Assembly (NCBI GenBank): GCA_051003155.1 | Contig: JBPCLO010000026.1 | Location: 64,001 to 128,000 of the forward strand | From: Fimbriimonadales bacterium | GTDB lineage: Bacteria; Armatimonadota; Fimbriimonadia; Fimbriimonadales; ATM1 | DNA: 64,000 nt | Direction: 5' to 3' | Shown here: positions 61,350-64,000 of the stretch, one piece after another | Position numbering within the stretch: the stretch's first letter is position 1 | Layout: each line of letters starts with the position of its first letter | Position numbers and translations under genes: made by a program | Notes under the pieces: model-generated | The model's input: the letters and a program-made list of their open reading frames with translations, nothing else | What the model was told of the DNA's origin: nothing | Databases searched by the model: none

Positions 61350-61559
61350 CTAGTTAGCTTGTTCGGCGCAATGGGAGCAGCAGTAAATCGTCGTTCCCTC
61401 CTCGACTCCGTGGCCTATTACCGGCGTGCCGCAGTGAGAGCACCTGGGAGCGAGCGCATGAATCGCACACTCGAAGCAGTCGAACGTATGGCGTTTCCCA
61501 GCCATCACAACTTCGAACGCTCGGTCGTAGTCGTTGCCGCATGTCTCACAAATTGCCAT
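61350..61559 (-). CDS. Small Cys-rich metallothionein-like protein
   Basis: CETCGNDYD, FDCFECAIH, CSHCG and YCCSHCA. Confidence 0.85.
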   Translation of the reverse strand: MAICETCGNDYDRAFEVVMAGKRHTFDCFECAIHALAPRCSHCGTPVIGHGVEEGTTIYCCSHCAEQAN

Positions 61560-61709
61560 GCCTAAAATGACGCCTGGCCGCGCGTTTGCGTCGCCCTCAC
61601 TGGGGTTCATACGCAGATGGAACGAAGGGGCCGACGCAAACGTCTGTTTGACACCGCGCAAGAGTGTCATATATACTCTTGTGACCGAACGCATGAAAGG
61701 TGAAACAAG

Positions 61710-62438
61710 ATAAGAAGACCCCGTAGAGACGTGCGGCCCGAACCAGGCCCTATGATCAACGCCCGCTGCCTGCGGTTTCCAGACCTGAGACTTATTGGTC
61801 CCGAAGGCGAGCAAGTAGGCATCATCCAATCCCGAAGAGCCCTCCAAATGGCAGAAGATGCTGGCCTGGACCTCGTGCTGGTCGCGCCCAACGCACAACC
61901 CCCCGTTTGCCGAATCGTAGATCACGGCAAGTACAAGTATGAGCAGGAAAAGAGGGATAAGGATAACAAGCACAAGCGCAAAGCCCAGGAAGTTAAGGGT
62001 ATAAAGTTGCGTCCCAGCACCGCTGGTCACGACCTCCAGGTTCTTCTGAAGAATTCGCGAAAGTTCTTGGAAGAAGGCGACAAAGTTCGCTTCCTTGTCC
62101 AGTTCAAGTCGCGTGAAATCGCCCACCCGGAGATTGCGGTCGCCAAGTTAGATTGGTTTCTCGGAGAGCTCGGTGACACGGTGCAGGTGGATAAGCAGGC
62201 GGGCCTCGAGGGCAGGCAGATGACGATGGTCGTCAGCCCGAACAAGAAAGCGCCGCCGAAAGGATTAAGTAAAGATGGGAAACAAGCTGAAGACAAGCAA
62301 GACGGCGGCGAAGAGGTTCAAGATCTCGGGGACCGGCAAGATTCTGCGCCGCAAAGCGTACAACAGCCACATGTTCTTCCACAAGAGCGGCAGCCAGAAG
62401 CGCCGCCTGGAGAACGAGCCGGAACTCGCAAAGGGTGA
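61710..62438 (+). CDS. infC: Translation initiation factor IF-3 (probable ATA start; C-terminal extension overlaps rpmI)
   Basis: LDLVLVAPNAQPPVCRI and FLEEGDKV; AAGGTGA upstream of an in-frame ATA. Confidence 0.93.
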   Translation: MRRPRRDVRPEPGPMINARCLRFPDLRLIGPEGEQVGIIQSRRALQMAEDAGLDLVLVAPNAQPPVCRIVDHGKYKYEQEKRDKDNKHKRKAQEVKGIKLRPSTAGHDLQVLLKNSRKFLEEGDKVRFLVQFKSREIAHPEIAVAKLDWFLGELGDTVQVDKQAGLEGRQMTMVVSPNKKAPPKGLSKDGKQAEDKQDGGEEVQDLGDRQDSAPQSVQQPHVLPQERQPEAPPGERAGTRKG

Positions 62439-62472
62439 TGCCAAGCGCGTCGCCAAGCTCCTCGGAATTTAA
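62275..62472 (+). CDS. rpmI: 50S ribosomal protein L35
   Basis: KLKT.K.AAKRFKISGTGK. Confidence 0.96.
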   Translation: MGNKLKTSKTAAKRFKISGTGKILRRKAYNSHMFFHKSGSQKRRLENEPELAKGDAKRVAKLLGI

Positions 62473-62514
62473 CCGCCAAGAGACTTTCACGGAAAACCGG
62501 CGTAGTATGGTGCG

Positions 62515-63213
62515 ATGTTGACCTGCTGCGCTTTTCTTCTTTTGGCGATATCCGCCCAGCCGGATACGCTGGACGGTGTCACTTTCGCTAAATCGAAGTC
62601 TAAGCTCTACGCGAGCGTCGCCGAGATCGGCAAGGCGTTCGATTTGTCCGTGGCATACCGGAAAGGTGTCGCGTACCTGAATGAAAAACCCATCCCTTTG
62701 AATTCGAAAGAGCTGATCTCCGGGACAAAGCTCATCGCCCTGAGCGAACTCGAACGCTGGGGGGCGACCACATCTTGGCAGCCGGATCGCAAGGCTGCAC
62801 TGGTCGAGATCGGAGACAAGCAGGTCTACGTGCGCCTTGGGCAGAAACGCGCCGTCGTAAACAAATCTGAGCAGGAACTCAAGGCCTGGCAGGGCCGGCG
62901 AGTGGTCTTCGCGTCGAAGGTCAGCACAGGGCGTCGCGGCTACAGAACCCCCTCGGGCGTCTTCGATGCCGGACCGTACAAGGCCAGAATGCATCGCTCT
63001 CGGCTCTACGATAACGCGCCGATGCCGTGGAGTGTTCAAGTGGAGGGCGACGTCTTTGTGCACGGCTTCAAGAGAGTGCGGGGCAGGCCGGCATCGCACG
63101 GCTGCATTCGTCTGCCGATGAACCGAAACAATCCGGCAAAATGGTTCTACGAATGGGTCGAGGTCGGTACGCCGATTTCGATTTCAGGAAAGTGGCCCGC
63201 CAGAACACGGTAG
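62515..63213 (+). CDS. L,D-transpeptidase-family protein
   Basis: VSTG, TP.G.F, MPW and HG...ASHGCIRL. Confidence 0.92.
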   Translation: MLTCCAFLLLAISAQPDTLDGVTFAKSKSKLYASVAEIGKAFDLSVAYRKGVAYLNEKPIPLNSKELISGTKLIALSELERWGATTSWQPDRKAALVEIGDKQVYVRLGQKRAVVNKSEQELKAWQGRRVVFASKVSTGRRGYRTPSGVFDAGPYKARMHRSRLYDNAPMPWSVQVEGDVFVHGFKRVRGRPASHGCIRLPMNRNNPAKWFYEWVEVGTPISISGKWPARTR

Positions 63214-63220
63214 GCGCCTC

Positions 63221-64000
63221 GTGGGGGAAATCGTGGGGAAATTCGTAGTAAAAGCCGAAGCACAAAAGGATCCACCGCGCACGATATCGCGACGTACCCT
63301 AATTACACGCGGCCTCGTCGCGGCCGCCGGGCTCTCCGTTCTCGATGCGATTCTGGTCGAACCCAGGTGGCTCGCTTTGGAGACCGTCGAAGTTCCCATC
63401 GAGGACCTCCCTGCCCCGTTCGACGGCTACCGAATCGCGCAGCTCAGCGATTTTCACTATCCCAATTGCATAAGCGAAGGGTTTATTTGCAAGGCCTTCG
63501 CCCTGACAGCCGAGTTCAATCCCGACATTATTGCGCTGACGGGAGACTTCGTTCATTCCTACGACCGAGCTGAGCGCGACTCGCTTCCGACGCCGAGTTT
63601 GACCGGCGTTCTTGCCGGTGCGAGCGCCCCTGACGGCGTCATCGGCGTCCTGGGCAACCACGATCACTGGTTCGGAGCCTCCGGGGTGCGGGCCGAGCTT
63701 TTGAAGACGGCGGTGAAGCTCTTGGAAAACGAGAACCTCGTGGTTCGCCGGGGGTCCGACTCGATCGCGTTCTCAGGATTGGGCGATTTTTGGGAAGGCG
63801 AGATCGACCTCGACCGCACGCTCGGCGCACTGCCGCCGCATATGCCGAGGATCGTGCTGCAGCATAACCCCGATTTGGCCGAGGTCTTCCCTGCCGGCTA
63901 CCGGGTCGATTTGCAGCTCTCCGGCCATACCCATGGCGGCCAAATTCGCGTGCCGTTCGGACCCGCCCCGCTGGTCCCGAGCAAATATGGAAACAAGTAC
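63221..64000 (+). CDS. Metallophosphoesterase, 3'-truncated by the window edge
   Basis: Translated by eye: QLSDFH, LTGDF, VLGNHD, HNPD and SGHTHGGQ. Confidence 0.9.
   Translation, partial: MGEIVGKFVVKAEAQKDPPRTISRRTLITRGLVAAAGLSVLDAILVEPRWLALETVEVPIEDLPAPFDGYRIAQLSDFHYPNCISEGFICKAFALTAEFNPDIIALTGDFVHSYDRAERDSLPTPSLTGVLAGASAPDGVIGVLGNHDHWFGASGVRAELLKTAVKLLENENLVVRRGSDSIAFSGLGDFWEGEIDLDRTLGALPPHMPRIVLQHNPDLAEVFPAGYRVDLQLSGHTHGGQIRVPFGPAPLVPSKYGNKY

Overview
A GC-rich bacterial chromosomal window, most consistent with Armatimonadota/Fimbriimonadia (inference from PEP-CTERM proteins, a TIGR03790-type gene and overall gene content). It is mostly housekeeping genes: cysS, hom, accB, selB, glnB, ahcY, ccmABC, glyQ, rpsT, rnhC, glyA, clpC, an IDH/IPMDH-family gene, msrB, infC-rpmI, tRNA-Arg(TCG) and tRNA-Ser(TGA), interspersed with secreted and hypothetical proteins. 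No intact transposase, integrase, prophage or CRISPR array was seen. The most unusual signals are: (1) a ~245-nt non-coding element at 55183-55426, behind an extended -10 box, whose 5' half is almost fully tiled by short blocks complementary to the 3' half in crossing (non-nested) order, i.e. a candidate multi-pseudoknot ncRNA; (2) two homologous small-RNA-like units between tRNA-Arg and selB; (3) a diverged tandem duplication (45438-52184) whose two copies carry different cargo genes, plus a similar long direct repeat around a tandem pair of secreted beta-propeller genes; (4) a ~150-aa C-terminal domain shared by unrelated secreted proteins; (5) a copper-radical oxidase facing a heme c/monooxygenase-like protein that lacks its usual copper ligands. 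All calls were made by eye; no database searches were run.
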